Origin: Terriglobia bacterium
GTDB lineage: Bacteria; Acidobacteriota; Terriglobia; JAJPHL01; JAPKYU01
DNA length: 64,000 nt
Direction: 5' to 3'
Assembly (NCBI GenBank): GCA_965223005.1
Contig: CBDCVK010000010.1
Coordinates: forward strand, 352,001 to 416,000
Both the position numbers and the translations under genes were made by a program. Each line of letters starts with the position of its first letter. The stretch's first letter is position 1. The notes under the pieces are model-generated. The model ran no database searches. It saw only the letters and a list, made by a program, of their open reading frames with translations, and was not told where the DNA came from. Shown one piece after another: positions 1 to 9,561 of this stretch.

Positions 1-1056
1 CGCACCCGCGAGTACCTGGCCGACCGCTTCGCCGCCGAGGAGACACGCAATCCGAACTGGCTGGCGATGGCCCTGGTGAAGGTGGCCTACGGCATTACGG
101 CCGCCCCGGACACGGAAAAATCCAAGCGACTGATGGCTTCCACACGCGCCCTGGGCCTGTGCGACTACAAGTCGGCGAGCGCTGCCGGGTCGGCCTACGG
201 CGAGATCGCCGGCGGTGGGGGCGGGGTGGCTGTGGCCGAAGCGTCCGCCGCTCCCGCTTCGGGCGGCGGCCTTCGGGGGCGTATCGAGCGCGTCTTCCTG
301 TTTGACTTGTTTAACCCCTGGGCTAAGGTCGGCGAGTTCAACTCCACTCACCCGCTCACCGGCAAGCGCATCAAGAAGCTGATGGAATACTGCCCGGAAT
401 TCGGCCTGTCGCCGCGGTTCGATTTCGCCATGGCGGAGTACGAGGGGCAGATGCTGGACCGTGGGCGCCTGTACCGCAACTTCGTGCTGGAGTTGGGCAT
501 CTACTTCGGCCCCATGCTCGGTTTGGCTGCGGGCTTGGTAACGGCTTTTCTGGTGCCCTCCGGGCCGGCCCTGGTCGCGCCAGTGCTGGGCCTCGGTATA
601 GGCTGGAGCCTGCAGGGCCTCTACCGCTTCCCTGGCGGTGCCGCCGAGCGCACCACCGTGTTGGAGCTGATGAGCGACCCCTATGCCAGCCCCATCCGCG
701 GCCGCCTGGTCTACCTGGAAGGAAAACTTGTAGGACGTGTGCAGGCGGGCAGTCCGATTGGGGAAGATATGATGCTTGAGGACCGCGGCGGTGGCCTGAT
801 CTCGCTGAACTATGAGTCGTGGCTTCCCTGGTTGGGCAATCTCTGGTTTGGCTGGCGTAAGGTGGCCAACCTTATGGGCGAACCGGCGAGCGCCCTGGGC
901 TGGTTCCGCCGCTTCACCACGGCCATCGTGGACCTGAACCAGATCAAGACCCCCGGCCAGACCCTGCACAGCTACACGCGCTTCTGGGGCCTGTATCGCG
1001 GCCCCGTGTTCATCCTGCTCGCCCTGTTCTTAATGGTGATCGTGGGCTCGTCTTGA
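1..1056 (+). CDS. M48 (HtpX-like) membrane zinc metalloprotease, 5'-truncated by window edge
   Basis: Frame is open from base 1 (RTREYLADRFAA, an M48 third-ligand motif). It also has STHPLTGKRI and C-terminal TM helices. HExxH would lie upstream of the window. Confidence 0.8.
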   Translation, partial: RTREYLADRFAAEETRNPNWLAMALVKVAYGITAAPDTEKSKRLMASTRALGLCDYKSASAAGSAYGEIAGGGGGVAVAEASAAPASGGGLRGRIERVFLFDLFNPWAKVGEFNSTHPLTGKRIKKLMEYCPEFGLSPRFDFAMAEYEGQMLDRGRLYRNFVLELGIYFGPMLGLAAGLVTAFLVPSGPALVAPVLGLGIGWSLQGLYRFPGGAAERTTVLELMSDPYASPIRGRLVYLEGKLVGRVQAGSPIGEDMMLEDRGGGLISLNYESWLPWLGNLWFGWRKVANLMGEPASALGWFRRFTTAIVDLNQIKTPGQTLHSYTRFWGLYRGPVFILLALFLMVIVGSS

Positions 1057-1121
1057 CCTCCGGTGGGGGTCCCGCCGCACTTGTAGTGGGCTGCGTATGA
1101 ACCCAGCACCCGCGGCGTCGC

Positions 1122-2780
1122 ATGGAACAAAGCCGCATACCGCCGCCGCTTCTCCGCGCTCCCCGGTTTCCTGACCACCTGCTGGCCGGCCTCTTCCTGT
1201 TGACCGCACTGGTTGGCCTGTTGGCCTGGACTCGGCTGGCGTCCTTCGACCGCTACACAGTGGTGTTGAGGAATGCACGGGACATGCCACTCCGCGTGGT
1301 GGTGTTCGAGCCGCACCATGTTCACGGGGGACAACGCCCGCGGCCCGCTGTCCTGGTCTGCCAGCCGGTGAACAGCCCGCCGGAAGCAGGGCTGGCGTTG
1401 ATCCTGGAATTCGTGCGGAGAGGCATGCTGGTGGTTACGTTCGATTTCCGCGGGGCCGCTCCCGGTGAAAACCGCAGCCTGCTGCGCGAGGACCTGCTGG
1501 CCATCACAGCCTTGGACGCCGCTGCCGCGCTGGACTACCTGGCCCGCCGGCCCGATGTGGACCGCGCCCGCATTGGCCTGATCGGCCATTCCGTGGGGGG
1601 CACGCTCGCCCTCCGCGCCGGCATCGAGCAGCCCTGGGTGCGCGCCACTGTCGCGGTGGGCATCGCCGGCGACGTCACCAAGACCCGGCCGCAGAACCTG
1701 CTCTGGCTCGTGGGGCTCTACGACGAGTTCCGCCCGCTTTCCGAGATGCAGCAGGTGATGGAATCGAGCAACAGCGAGGGGATCGCGGAAATTGAGCGCA
1801 CCACCGGCGATTTCGGGCGGGGAACGGCGCGGCGACTGAGCGTGACCGCCACAGCCGACCACTTCACCGAGTTTTCAAACCACGGTACGGCGGTGCGCGC
1901 GTTGGAATGGTTCGCCAGTTCATTTGAGGGGCGCCCTGCGCCACGCCCGGGCCTGGCTGTCGCACCCTGGTTTTACGCCTGCTACAGCCTGGCGTTCCTG
2001 TTTGGCTGGCTGCTGCTGGTGCGTCGCTTTCGCCCCGCACGGCTGCACCTGTTCACTGTCGCGATCGGCGTGCTGGTGGCAGCGCTGGTTCTGGTGCCGG
2101 TGCCGAGACTTGCACTGCTCCGCGCCGACTTGGCGCTGTGGAGCCTGGCGCTACTACTGGTGGTCAACGCAAGAAGCAAAATCCTTCCTACCGGTGCCAC
2201 GGGCGGTGTGGCGAGCCGCGCGGCACGGCTGATTACACTGATTGCGCTGGGCTGGTTCAGCCTGCTGATCACGCTCGCGGTCAACCAAGTGGCGTACTTC
2301 TGGCGCTATCCACACCTGCTAGTTGGGCTGCCTGCGTTTCCCTTTTGGCACGCCACCGGCCTGCTCAATTCCTACTTGCTCACCTATCCGCGCGGGTTGC
2401 TGTTCGCCAGCTATACCGGGGCTGTGCTACGCCCGGGATGGCTCTTCTGGGGGATCTTGGCCATGGAGTTGGTCCGGCCAGGCCTGGTGCTGGGTGGGCT
2501 GTGGAGCCTGGCTCGGCGTTTTGCACCACGGCGAGAGAAAACAGCCGCACCGGAGCGAAGGAAATGGGGGTCTTGGCTTCTGGTGCTGGCAATGTTCGGT
2601 GCCCTGGCGGCGATTGTCTCCGTCCGCGCGGCCCAGGGCTTTGTGGACCAGGAGTCGCTGCGTCTGGCCGGCTGGGTCATCCTCCGTTTCGCCGTGCTGC
2701 CCTTCTTTATCTTCGCCCTCCTGAAACGCCGCTTTGAATGGCGCATGGCGGACTGTGGGGATGTCAAAGATATCAAATAG
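1122..2780 (+). CDS. Alpha/beta hydrolase with N-terminal anchor and multi-TM C-terminal domain
   Basis: FDFRG, nucleophile elbow GHSVGG, GLYDE and ADH candidate Asp/His; hydrophobic C-terminal half. Confidence 0.75.
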   Translation: MEQSRIPPPLLRAPRFPDHLLAGLFLLTALVGLLAWTRLASFDRYTVVLRNARDMPLRVVVFEPHHVHGGQRPRPAVLVCQPVNSPPEAGLALILEFVRRGMLVVTFDFRGAAPGENRSLLREDLLAITALDAAAALDYLARRPDVDRARIGLIGHSVGGTLALRAGIEQPWVRATVAVGIAGDVTKTRPQNLLWLVGLYDEFRPLSEMQQVMESSNSEGIAEIERTTGDFGRGTARRLSVTATADHFTEFSNHGTAVRALEWFASSFEGRPAPRPGLAVAPWFYACYSLAFLFGWLLLVRRFRPARLHLFTVAIGVLVAALVLVPVPRLALLRADLALWSLALLLVVNARSKILPTGATGGVASRAARLITLIALGWFSLLITLAVNQVAYFWRYPHLLVGLPAFPFWHATGLLNSYLLTYPRGLLFASYTGAVLRPGWLFWGILAMELVRPGLVLGGLWSLARRFAPRREKTAAPERRKWGSWLLVLAMFGALAAIVSVRAAQGFVDQESLRLAGWVILRFAVLPFFIFALLKRRFEWRMADCGDVKDIK

Positions 2781-2818
2781 GCAGGACTAACGAACTTCTG
2801 ATGGGTACTCCGAGCTTC

Positions 2819-3190
2819 TCACCAGTGGAGCCACTTGTGTGGGGTGATCTCGACAAGCTGGGTGTACCGGTGCTCGTAGGAGATGTCCCAGCCGTATTTT
2901 TCGACGAACCCTGAAACCATCGCGGTCGGCCAGGGCTTCTCCAGAACTCGCGCCTCGCCTTCGCAGATGAGAGGATTTACGCCGTCTTCCAGCGCCAAGC
3001 AAACCTTCCGGTTGGACCGCAGGTTCCGCCCTTTCACGCTTTTCGGCTCAATGCAGATGTAGAGCTGGTCTTCCACGTGCGTAAACCACACCGGCACCAT
3101 ATGCGGCCGTCCGTCCGGACGCGCCGTCGCGATCCAGATGTTCCGCTCCCGCGCTAGGCGTTCTTTCGCTGCTTGAGGGATGGGTGGCAT
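2819..3190 (-). CDS. Pyridoxamine 5'-phosphate oxidase-like (split-barrel flavin/F420-binding) protein
   Basis: WIATARPDGRPHMVPVWF and K-x-RNL-x-x-N-x-x-V motifs; 123 aa. Confidence 0.85.
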   Translation of the reverse strand: MPPIPQAAKERLARERNIWIATARPDGRPHMVPVWFTHVEDQLYICIEPKSVKGRNLRSNRKVCLALEDGVNPLICEGEARVLEKPWPTAMVSGFVEKYGWDISYEHRYTQLVEITPHKWLHW

Positions 3191-3342
3191 CGGCGCCTTT
3201 CATGATAGCGGATTGGCTTTGCGGATTCCGCACTTGTCGCTCCTGAACGGCATGCCAGACGACGCGTCTCAAATCGTGCCAGCCAGGACGAGAGAGGACC
3301 ACCAAACACTGAATCGGCGGCAACTTTGTTATGCGGCAGGTC

Positions 3343-3351
3343 TGTTATAAT
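3343..3351 (+). promoter_or_regulatory. Extended -10 promoter of miaB (probably leaderless)
   Basis: TGTTATAAT lies 8 nt before the ATG at 3360; no SD sequence. Confidence 0.6.
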
Positions 3352-3359
3352 GGCCGTCA

Positions 3360-4742
3360 ATGGAACGCGGTCAAAAGACCTTCTACATCGAGACGTTCGG
3401 TTGCCAGATGAATGTGCACGACTCCGAGAAGGTGGCGGGCACGCTGATGGCGCAGGGGTACCGGTCGGTCGGGACCCCCGAGGAAGCCGACCTGGTGTTG
3501 TACAACACCTGCTCGATCCGCGACAAAGCCGAACAGAAGGTTTTCTCCCGCCTGGGGCAGTTCAAGCGGACGCAGAACAATGGCCAGAACAACGGCAAGC
3601 TGTTCGGCGTGCTGGGCTGTGTGGCGCAGCAGGAAGGGACGCGAATTTTCGAGAAGGCACCGCACGTCAGCCTGGTAGTGGGTTCGGCCAGCTACCGGAA
3701 GTTGCCGGAGCTGCTGGTGCAGCTGGAGTCAGGCAACCGCCGGGTCACCGGCCTGGAGCTGGACACCGAGGAGACCTTCGAGACTGAGTTCACCCGGCGC
3801 GACAACCCGTACCGCGCCTATCTCACCATCATCGAGGGCTGCAACAATCACTGCGCCTTCTGCGTGGTGTCCTTCACACGGGGGCCGGAGCGCAGCCGCA
3901 GCAGCACCGACGTTCTGGCCGAGGCGCGCCGCCTGGCCGAAGCGGGCTACACGGAGATCCAGTTGCTGGGCCAGACGGTCAACTCCTACCGCGATCCATC
4001 CTCGGCGCGCTTCAGCTTCGCCGAGCTGCTTTCGGCCGTCGCCGAGGTGCCAGGCATCCGCCGAGTCCGCTTCACAACCTCACACCCGCGCGACTTCACG
4101 CCCGACATCGTGGAGGCCATCGACCGCCACCCGGCGCTGTGCGACCACGTCCACCTGCCGGTGCAGGCCGGCTCCAACCGCGTGTTGGAGCAGATGCAGC
4201 GCGGCTACAGCCGCGAGCAGTACCTGGAAAAGATCGCTTGTATCCGGACGGCGCGGCGTGCTATCAGCATCACAACGGACCTGATTGTGGGCTTCCCTGG
4301 CGAGACCGAGGAGGACTTTGCCCAGACCCTGTCGCTGCTGGAGGAAGTTCAGTACGATTCCGCCTTTTCGTTCAAGTACTCGCCGCGCCCAAATACTGCA
4401 GCACGGGAGTTCTTCAACCAGGTTTCCGAAGAGCAGAAGGGCCGGCGATTGACGATTCTGCAGGAGAGGCAGCGGCAGATCCAGTTGCGTCGGAACCAGG
4501 CGCTGGTGGACTCGGTCCAGGAAGTACTGGTCGAGGGCCGCCAGCCGGCGTTGCACCAGTGGGTGGGGCGCACCTCGCAGAACAAGGTGCTGAACTTCAC
4601 GGTTCCCGCAGGCTCGCCTGACCGCAACCGGCTTGGCTCCTACGCCTGGGTGCAGGTGGGCAGAGCCGGTCCCAACAGCCTGATCGGGGAGCTGCTTCCC
4701 GCCGCCGAGCGCGAGGAAGCTGAACAGCTGGCGCGACACTGA
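3360..4742 (+). CDS. miaB: tRNA-2-methylthio-N6-dimethylallyladenosine synthase
   Basis: TFGCQMNVHDSE, NTCSIRDKAE, radical SAM CNNHCAFC, C-terminal TRAM domain. Confidence 0.97.
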   Translation: MERGQKTFYIETFGCQMNVHDSEKVAGTLMAQGYRSVGTPEEADLVLYNTCSIRDKAEQKVFSRLGQFKRTQNNGQNNGKLFGVLGCVAQQEGTRIFEKAPHVSLVVGSASYRKLPELLVQLESGNRRVTGLELDTEETFETEFTRRDNPYRAYLTIIEGCNNHCAFCVVSFTRGPERSRSSTDVLAEARRLAEAGYTEIQLLGQTVNSYRDPSSARFSFAELLSAVAEVPGIRRVRFTTSHPRDFTPDIVEAIDRHPALCDHVHLPVQAGSNRVLEQMQRGYSREQYLEKIACIRTARRAISITTDLIVGFPGETEEDFAQTLSLLEEVQYDSAFSFKYSPRPNTAAREFFNQVSEEQKGRRLTILQERQRQIQLRRNQALVDSVQEVLVEGRQPALHQWVGRTSQNKVLNFTVPAGSPDRNRLGSYAWVQVGRAGPNSLIGELLPAAEREEAEQLARH

Positions 4743-4792
4743 CGCACGGAATCAGCAACGGCACTTCAGCGTTGCTGGAGGGGGGAAGACCA

Positions 4793-5275
4793 ATGGAAGT
4801 TGAGATGAAAATCCGCGGACTCATGATGGATCCGGTCACCAACATGCCGATCGTGATCCTGAAGGACGTGAACGGCACCGCCATCCTACCCATCTGGGTA
4901 GGCATCTACGAGGCCAACGCCATTGCTCTGGAGATCGAGAAGGTCAACACCCCCCGCCCGATGACCCACGACCTGATCAAAAACGTGTTATTGGGGCTGA
5001 GCGCTGGAGTGCAGAAGGTGGTGGTGAACGACTTGCGCGAGGACACCTTCTTTGCCCTCATCTGGGTGGAGCGCGACGGCCAGCTCGTCTGCATTGACTC
5101 CCGACCCAGCGATGCTCTGGCGGTCGCCCTGCGCCTGGACTGTCCAATTTTCGTCGACGAGGAAGTGCTGAAGTCCTCCAAGATCACCAACGCTACGGAG
5201 AAGGTCAGCAACGAAGAGCTGCGAAAGTGGCTGGAGAATTTGGGCGACGAAGATATGGGCCGCTACAAGATGTAA
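4793..5275 (+). CDS. Bifunctional nuclease family protein (DUF151)
   Basis: LPIWVGIYEANAI, RPMTHDL, IDSRPSDA. ATG 4793 follows a GGAGGG SD. Confidence 0.93.
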   Translation: MEVEMKIRGLMMDPVTNMPIVILKDVNGTAILPIWVGIYEANAIALEIEKVNTPRPMTHDLIKNVLLGLSAGVQKVVVNDLREDTFFALIWVERDGQLVCIDSRPSDALAVALRLDCPIFVDEEVLKSSKITNATEKVSNEELRKWLENLGDEDMGRYKM

Positions 5276-5339
5276 CTCAGAAGCCGGAAGTCCGAAATCA
5301 AGCTGAAAGCAGAAATTGGCCCATTTTTCAGGGGCCACC

Positions 5340-6974
5340 TCACCAAGTGCGCTCGATGCCCACCACCTTGTATCCAGCGCGCTGCTTACGGATATACACC
5401 GTTACTGTCTTTTCTTGGTCGTCCCCCCGGATCGTGGTGGCAAAATAGGAACCCATTTCGGCGCTTTGAACTTCCCCCGGCAACACGGAGCTCGACGCGG
5501 CTGCGATCGCCGCGTGGGTCTCCGAGTCATTGTCGAAGCGCGACCACCGCACTGTGTAGTCGCGCGCGTTCATGAAGCCGTACTTCACTTGGAGGTCTTC
5601 AAACTCCAGACGGTCGCCGTTGACGCGAAACCCGTCTAGCGGCAGCACGCGGGCGAAGTAGGTCTCTCCGATCTTGTTCCGCCGTTCGATCAGGCATTTC
5701 ACCAGCCAGGCTTCTGCCTCCGGGTCACTGTAGTTCGCGAGCTTGACGATGGCCCGAATCTGCTCGTCCGTGAAGCTCATGACCCTCTTGGCAGCCCAAA
5801 AGGTATCGTCCGGGAGGCGGTTGCCGTAGGCCGGATTGGGGTATTCGGGTTTCCACTTCTCCGGTTCAAAGGTCCTGTAGTCGAACAGCCCGAGAGACGG
5901 GAATGTGCGGTACCTGACGCGGGCCCAGCGGGGCACATAAAGCCCCAGAGTAAATAGCTGAAGGAAGGCCGGCTTGGTTTCATAGAAGTATGCGTTCCCG
6001 CCCCGGGCAGTATTGGCTTTTTCGGTCGCGCTGCCCAGGATGGAACCGAAATCCATGAGATAGTGCTTGATGTACTTCAGGCCGTTCTCTTCGACCAGGG
6101 AGTCGAACGTATTGATGCTGCGCGAATCGTCGTGTCCCAGCCAGGCGCAGAATACAAACAGTCCCCGCAGATCTCGACGATGCTCATGGAGAACAACGTC
6201 GTTGGGATCATCCGATCGCGTACCGTGATACCGAAATTCCCCCAAGAACTTTCCTTTCAGGACATAGCTGGCCACTCCACGGACTCGACCCTGTGCATCA
6301 CGGGGAATTTTGAGCATCATCTCGGTTGCGTCGCGAGGCGACATTGGGCGTTTGCGGCCCCCAACGTCCACCAAGGTCGTGCCGTCGCCGATAACCAGTC
6401 TGTCTTCATCAAAAGTAACGAGGTAGTTTTCCGGCACGTTGTAACCCAGAGCATGGAAAAAAACGGAACCGAGGACGTCGGCGCCGGTGGCCATTTCGGG
6501 GTTCGAGACGGGGTCGAATTTCATATAATAGCTGTTGCCTCTCGAATCCTGAATCCTGAAACCGGGTGAAATCCCTTGAGTCTTGGCCGCGGTGATTCTC
6601 CACTTGCCTTCCATCGAGGGTCCATTCTCGTCGCCCGGGCCTTTCAGCAGTTCCTTGATGCTCATGGGCCGGGAGCCGATGCGGTTCGTGAACCACGAGT
6701 TGTCGGGAACTTCGCCCAGGGTGTTGACCGCCTGTGCTGGGATGAATCCAGCATTGCCGCCTTTTTTCCCCTTCGGTTGCCGTTCACCCGGTTTGGCGAG
6801 CGTATTGTGGAACAAATCGTAGTAGTCGTTTAGCTTGCGGGACTTGGCGTTCTCGACGCGAAGCGGGGTGGGTTCTTTTCCAAGCGGATCGTCATCGTAG
6901 AACTTCTTCGCGCCCAGAAGCAATGGAACGAGCAGCAGAGGAAACAGTAGCGCCAAAACGAATTTCTCCTTCAT
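5340..6974 (-). CDS. Exported hypothetical protein with atypical kinase-like (HipA/PI3K/CotH-type) motifs
   Basis: Start reassigned to MKEKFVLALLFPLLLVPLLLGA (signal peptide). Motifs QGISPG, YYMKFD, WLGHDDSRSIN, YLMDFG. CDS is confident; function is inferred. Confidence 0.6.
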   Translation of the reverse strand: MKEKFVLALLFPLLLVPLLLGAKKFYDDDPLGKEPTPLRVENAKSRKLNDYYDLFHNTLAKPGERQPKGKKGGNAGFIPAQAVNTLGEVPDNSWFTNRIGSRPMSIKELLKGPGDENGPSMEGKWRITAAKTQGISPGFRIQDSRGNSYYMKFDPVSNPEMATGADVLGSVFFHALGYNVPENYLVTFDEDRLVIGDGTTLVDVGGRKRPMSPRDATEMMLKIPRDAQGRVRGVASYVLKGKFLGEFRYHGTRSDDPNDVVLHEHRRDLRGLFVFCAWLGHDDSRSINTFDSLVEENGLKYIKHYLMDFGSILGSATEKANTARGGNAYFYETKPAFLQLFTLGLYVPRWARVRYRTFPSLGLFDYRTFEPEKWKPEYPNPAYGNRLPDDTFWAAKRVMSFTDEQIRAIVKLANYSDPEAEAWLVKCLIERRNKIGETYFARVLPLDGFRVNGDRLEFEDLQVKYGFMNARDYTVRWSRFDNDSETHAAIAAASSSVLPGEVQSAEMGSYFATTIRGDDQEKTVTVYIRKQRAGYKVVGIERTW

Positions 6975-7062
6975 AAGGCCAGCCTCCCGAGAGTTCTGCT
7001 TCACGTCTTGTTCTAAACCCTCCATATCCGAACGACTCACCTCACAAATGGCACTCTCCATC

Positions 7063-8322
7063 TCAAAATGGGTTCCCAAACTTAAACCAGAACTGAAATC
7101 CCTCATGGCTAAAGCCAACGTCAAGGCGCAGGAAGACGTTGTTGCGGACGTTGAAACGAAAACCAAAACCGGCCGCAGTTTCCAGATCATGGAAGTTGAT
7201 CTGGGAGCGTTTTGGTGTGACTTTACCGGCGTCGAAAAACAGCGCCATGTCTAGTCCCGTGAAAGATTCCCAACGATATTCAGCATTGACGACAATCTGG
7301 TTGTCGTCGTAGAAGCGGTACGACCGGAACCCTCGAAGGTCATCCGATCCGCCAAGGACCGGCTGTAGATAGAATGGAACACTCTGACCCGGGTTGTTAA
7401 AGCTCAGAATCGATCGGGCGCGCAACGCAATGACGCGACGGCTGTTGAAGAAAGGTATGTACTGCTGGGCTTCCAGTTGCAGGTGACGGAAGTTATGCCG
7501 AGCGAGGATGCGGTCATCGTAGTAAGTGAAGCTCGCCAGATAGTTTCCCCCCGAGCGAGGTCCACCCGGATTGTCGCGATTGTCGAACTGGATAAAGCCC
7601 CCGCCGCGGAGGAAGTCGGACTGCCTGTCGAGGCCGGGAGTAGTCGCCGGGGTGAAGACCTCTTCGATAGAGGCTATCCCCGGACGCGTCCCCGGCCCGG
7701 TGTTCACCTGGAGATACCCTCCCGTGACACCCAGCTTTAAGCTGCGTAATGGCTTGACTCCGGCAGTGAAGTCATAGGCGGTGTTTTCGAGCCGGAAGTT
7801 GGTGCGGCTGCCTTCCTCCGAGTCTGGTCCTGGCCCGAAATAGCCGATCCTCGGATAGTTTCGATGCACGGCGTAGAGATCGACAAACACCTTCTCATTC
7901 GCCAGCCTGGGCAGTGTCAACTGGAGATCGTACAGTTGCGCTCTCGCAATCGACCACCGTGCGGATCCACGGAAGGTGAGATTCCCGTTGGCCAAGTCCT
8001 GCCGCAGGTATTCGGGTCCCAGGGCGAAACCCTGACCGGTTGCCAGCCCGCCAAATTGAAGTCGAAAGCCAGCAACACCAGCTGCGAAGCGTTCCAACAG
8101 TTTTTTATCTTTAATGGTGTTCAGGGCTTTCTCTGTTCCGGAGACCTTCTCGGGTGTGGTGTCCGCCGCTTTTTGCCGGCGAGCCTGCTGAATTTCTTCG
8201 GCCCTCGAGTTGACCTGGGCGGCTAAAGGGACAACGAGCAACAGGACGAGCGCGCAGCTAACTGAAATGGACGCAGCTGTTGCTGTTCCCCGGCGCTTGC
8301 ATCTGGAGGGAATTTGTGCCAT
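7063..8322 (-). CDS. Omp85 (BamA/TamA-family) outer-membrane beta-barrel, apparently lacking POTRA domains
   Basis: Signal peptide; LGGSDDLRGFRSYRF (loop-6 (V/L)RG(F/Y) motif); NAEYRW; FFDAGKV; GFGFRF; terminal Phe; only 419 aa. Confidence 0.85.
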   Translation of the reverse strand: MAQIPSRCKRRGTATAASISVSCALVLLLVVPLAAQVNSRAEEIQQARRQKAADTTPEKVSGTEKALNTIKDKKLLERFAAGVAGFRLQFGGLATGQGFALGPEYLRQDLANGNLTFRGSARWSIARAQLYDLQLTLPRLANEKVFVDLYAVHRNYPRIGYFGPGPDSEEGSRTNFRLENTAYDFTAGVKPLRSLKLGVTGGYLQVNTGPGTRPGIASIEEVFTPATTPGLDRQSDFLRGGGFIQFDNRDNPGGPRSGGNYLASFTYYDDRILARHNFRHLQLEAQQYIPFFNSRRVIALRARSILSFNNPGQSVPFYLQPVLGGSDDLRGFRSYRFYDDNQIVVNAEYRWESFTGLDMALFFDAGKVTPKRSQINFHDLETAAGFGFRFNVRNNVFLRLDVGFSHEGFQFWFKFGNPF

Positions 8323-8429
8323 TTGGCATCACAAAGAGGCCACTCTTGCGTACCTACGCCCGCACCGGGCAATTGATTATTGATTCGTTGCTTCGAGAAT
8401 GCAATGATTTCGTCTTTTGGGGTACGCGC

Positions 8430-9560
8430 ATGGAAATTGAAGAGTTCGCTCTGGCCACCTGGCTGAATGAGTACGAGACCGACGTTGAGTTCAACCTGGC
8501 CGCCAGTACAGGCCCGCTCTGGACGGCGAAGCAACTGCTGGAGCTGGAAGGGAACGCCGAAGCGGGTTGGGCCGAGCTGGGCAGGGTACCGCTCAACTAC
8601 GTGCACGCCGCCGGCACGCGGGAACTGCGGCGCGCCGTGGCCGACTTCTACGGCGGCGGGATTGACCCGGAGTGGGTGCAGGTGACTACCGGCGCGGGCG
8701 AGGCGCTGTGGCTGATTTTGTTCGACGTATGCGTGCCAGGCGCCAACGTCATCGTCCCCCATCCCTGCTACCCCGCCATGGATGGCATCCCGCGCGCCCT
8801 GGGGGCTGAGGTGCGCTACTGGCGGCTTCGCCCTGAGAACGAGTTTCGCCTCGACCTCGGCGAGCTGCCTCAGTTGATCGACCGGGAGACGCGCGCCATC
8901 GTCGTCTGCAGCCCTCACAACCCCACCGGAGTGGTGATGGAGCCGGAGCAAGTCCGCGCGGTCGGCGAGCTGGCGGCGGCCCGGGGTATCCGCTTCCTCA
9001 GCGACGAGGTGTATCACGGCATTTACTACGATGGACGCGAGCGTGCCAGCGCCGCCCAGATCTCCAACGCAGTGGTGATTGGCGACGTGTCGAAGGCCTT
9101 AAGCCTGGCGGGCCTGCGCATCGGCTGGATCCTGGAACGCGACGAGCTCCGCCGCCAGGCCTATTACAACGCACGCAGCTTCATCACCATCTCCGGTAGC
9201 GTGCTGAGCGAGCGACTGGTGGCCCTGGCCTTGCGGCACTACCGAACCATCTGGCAGCGGAATACCAATCTGGCCGGGCAGAACCTGCGCGCTCTGGCAG
9301 CGCTGTTCGGCGACATGACCGGGCAGATCGGCTGGGTGGAGCCGCAGGGCGGCTTTACCTGCTTCCCCTGGCTGAAGCACCAGGCGGATTCCGAACCGCT
9401 CTGCCGTAGACTGGTGAAGGAAACCGGAGTGCTGATTGCCCCGGGATACACCTTTAGCATGCCAGCCCACTTCCGATTGGGCTTTGGGGTAGCAGGGGCG
9501 CGCTTTCCGGAAGCTCTGGGCCGAGTGCGGGCCGTCCTCCAAGCCGGTGTGGGTCATTGA
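8430..9560 (+). CDS. PLP-dependent aminotransferase class I/II
   Basis: PHNPTG, SDEVY, SKALSLAGLRIGW; start at ATG 8430 (MEIEEF). Confidence 0.9.
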   Translation: MEIEEFALATWLNEYETDVEFNLAASTGPLWTAKQLLELEGNAEAGWAELGRVPLNYVHAAGTRELRRAVADFYGGGIDPEWVQVTTGAGEALWLILFDVCVPGANVIVPHPCYPAMDGIPRALGAEVRYWRLRPENEFRLDLGELPQLIDRETRAIVVCSPHNPTGVVMEPEQVRAVGELAAARGIRFLSDEVYHGIYYDGRERASAAQISNAVVIGDVSKALSLAGLRIGWILERDELRRQAYYNARSFITISGSVLSERLVALALRHYRTIWQRNTNLAGQNLRALAALFGDMTGQIGWVEPQGGFTCFPWLKHQADSEPLCRRLVKETGVLIAPGYTFSMPAHFRLGFGVAGARFPEALGRVRAVLQAGVGH

Positions 9561-9561
9561 A

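Noticed and set aside
7063-8322. Housekeeping bamA
   Set aside because: About half the usual length, with no room for five POTRA domains.
8430-9560. Secondary-metabolite aminotransferase (capreomycidine synthase-like)
   Set aside because: No NRPS or other biosynthetic genes nearby; only the class I/II family is supported.
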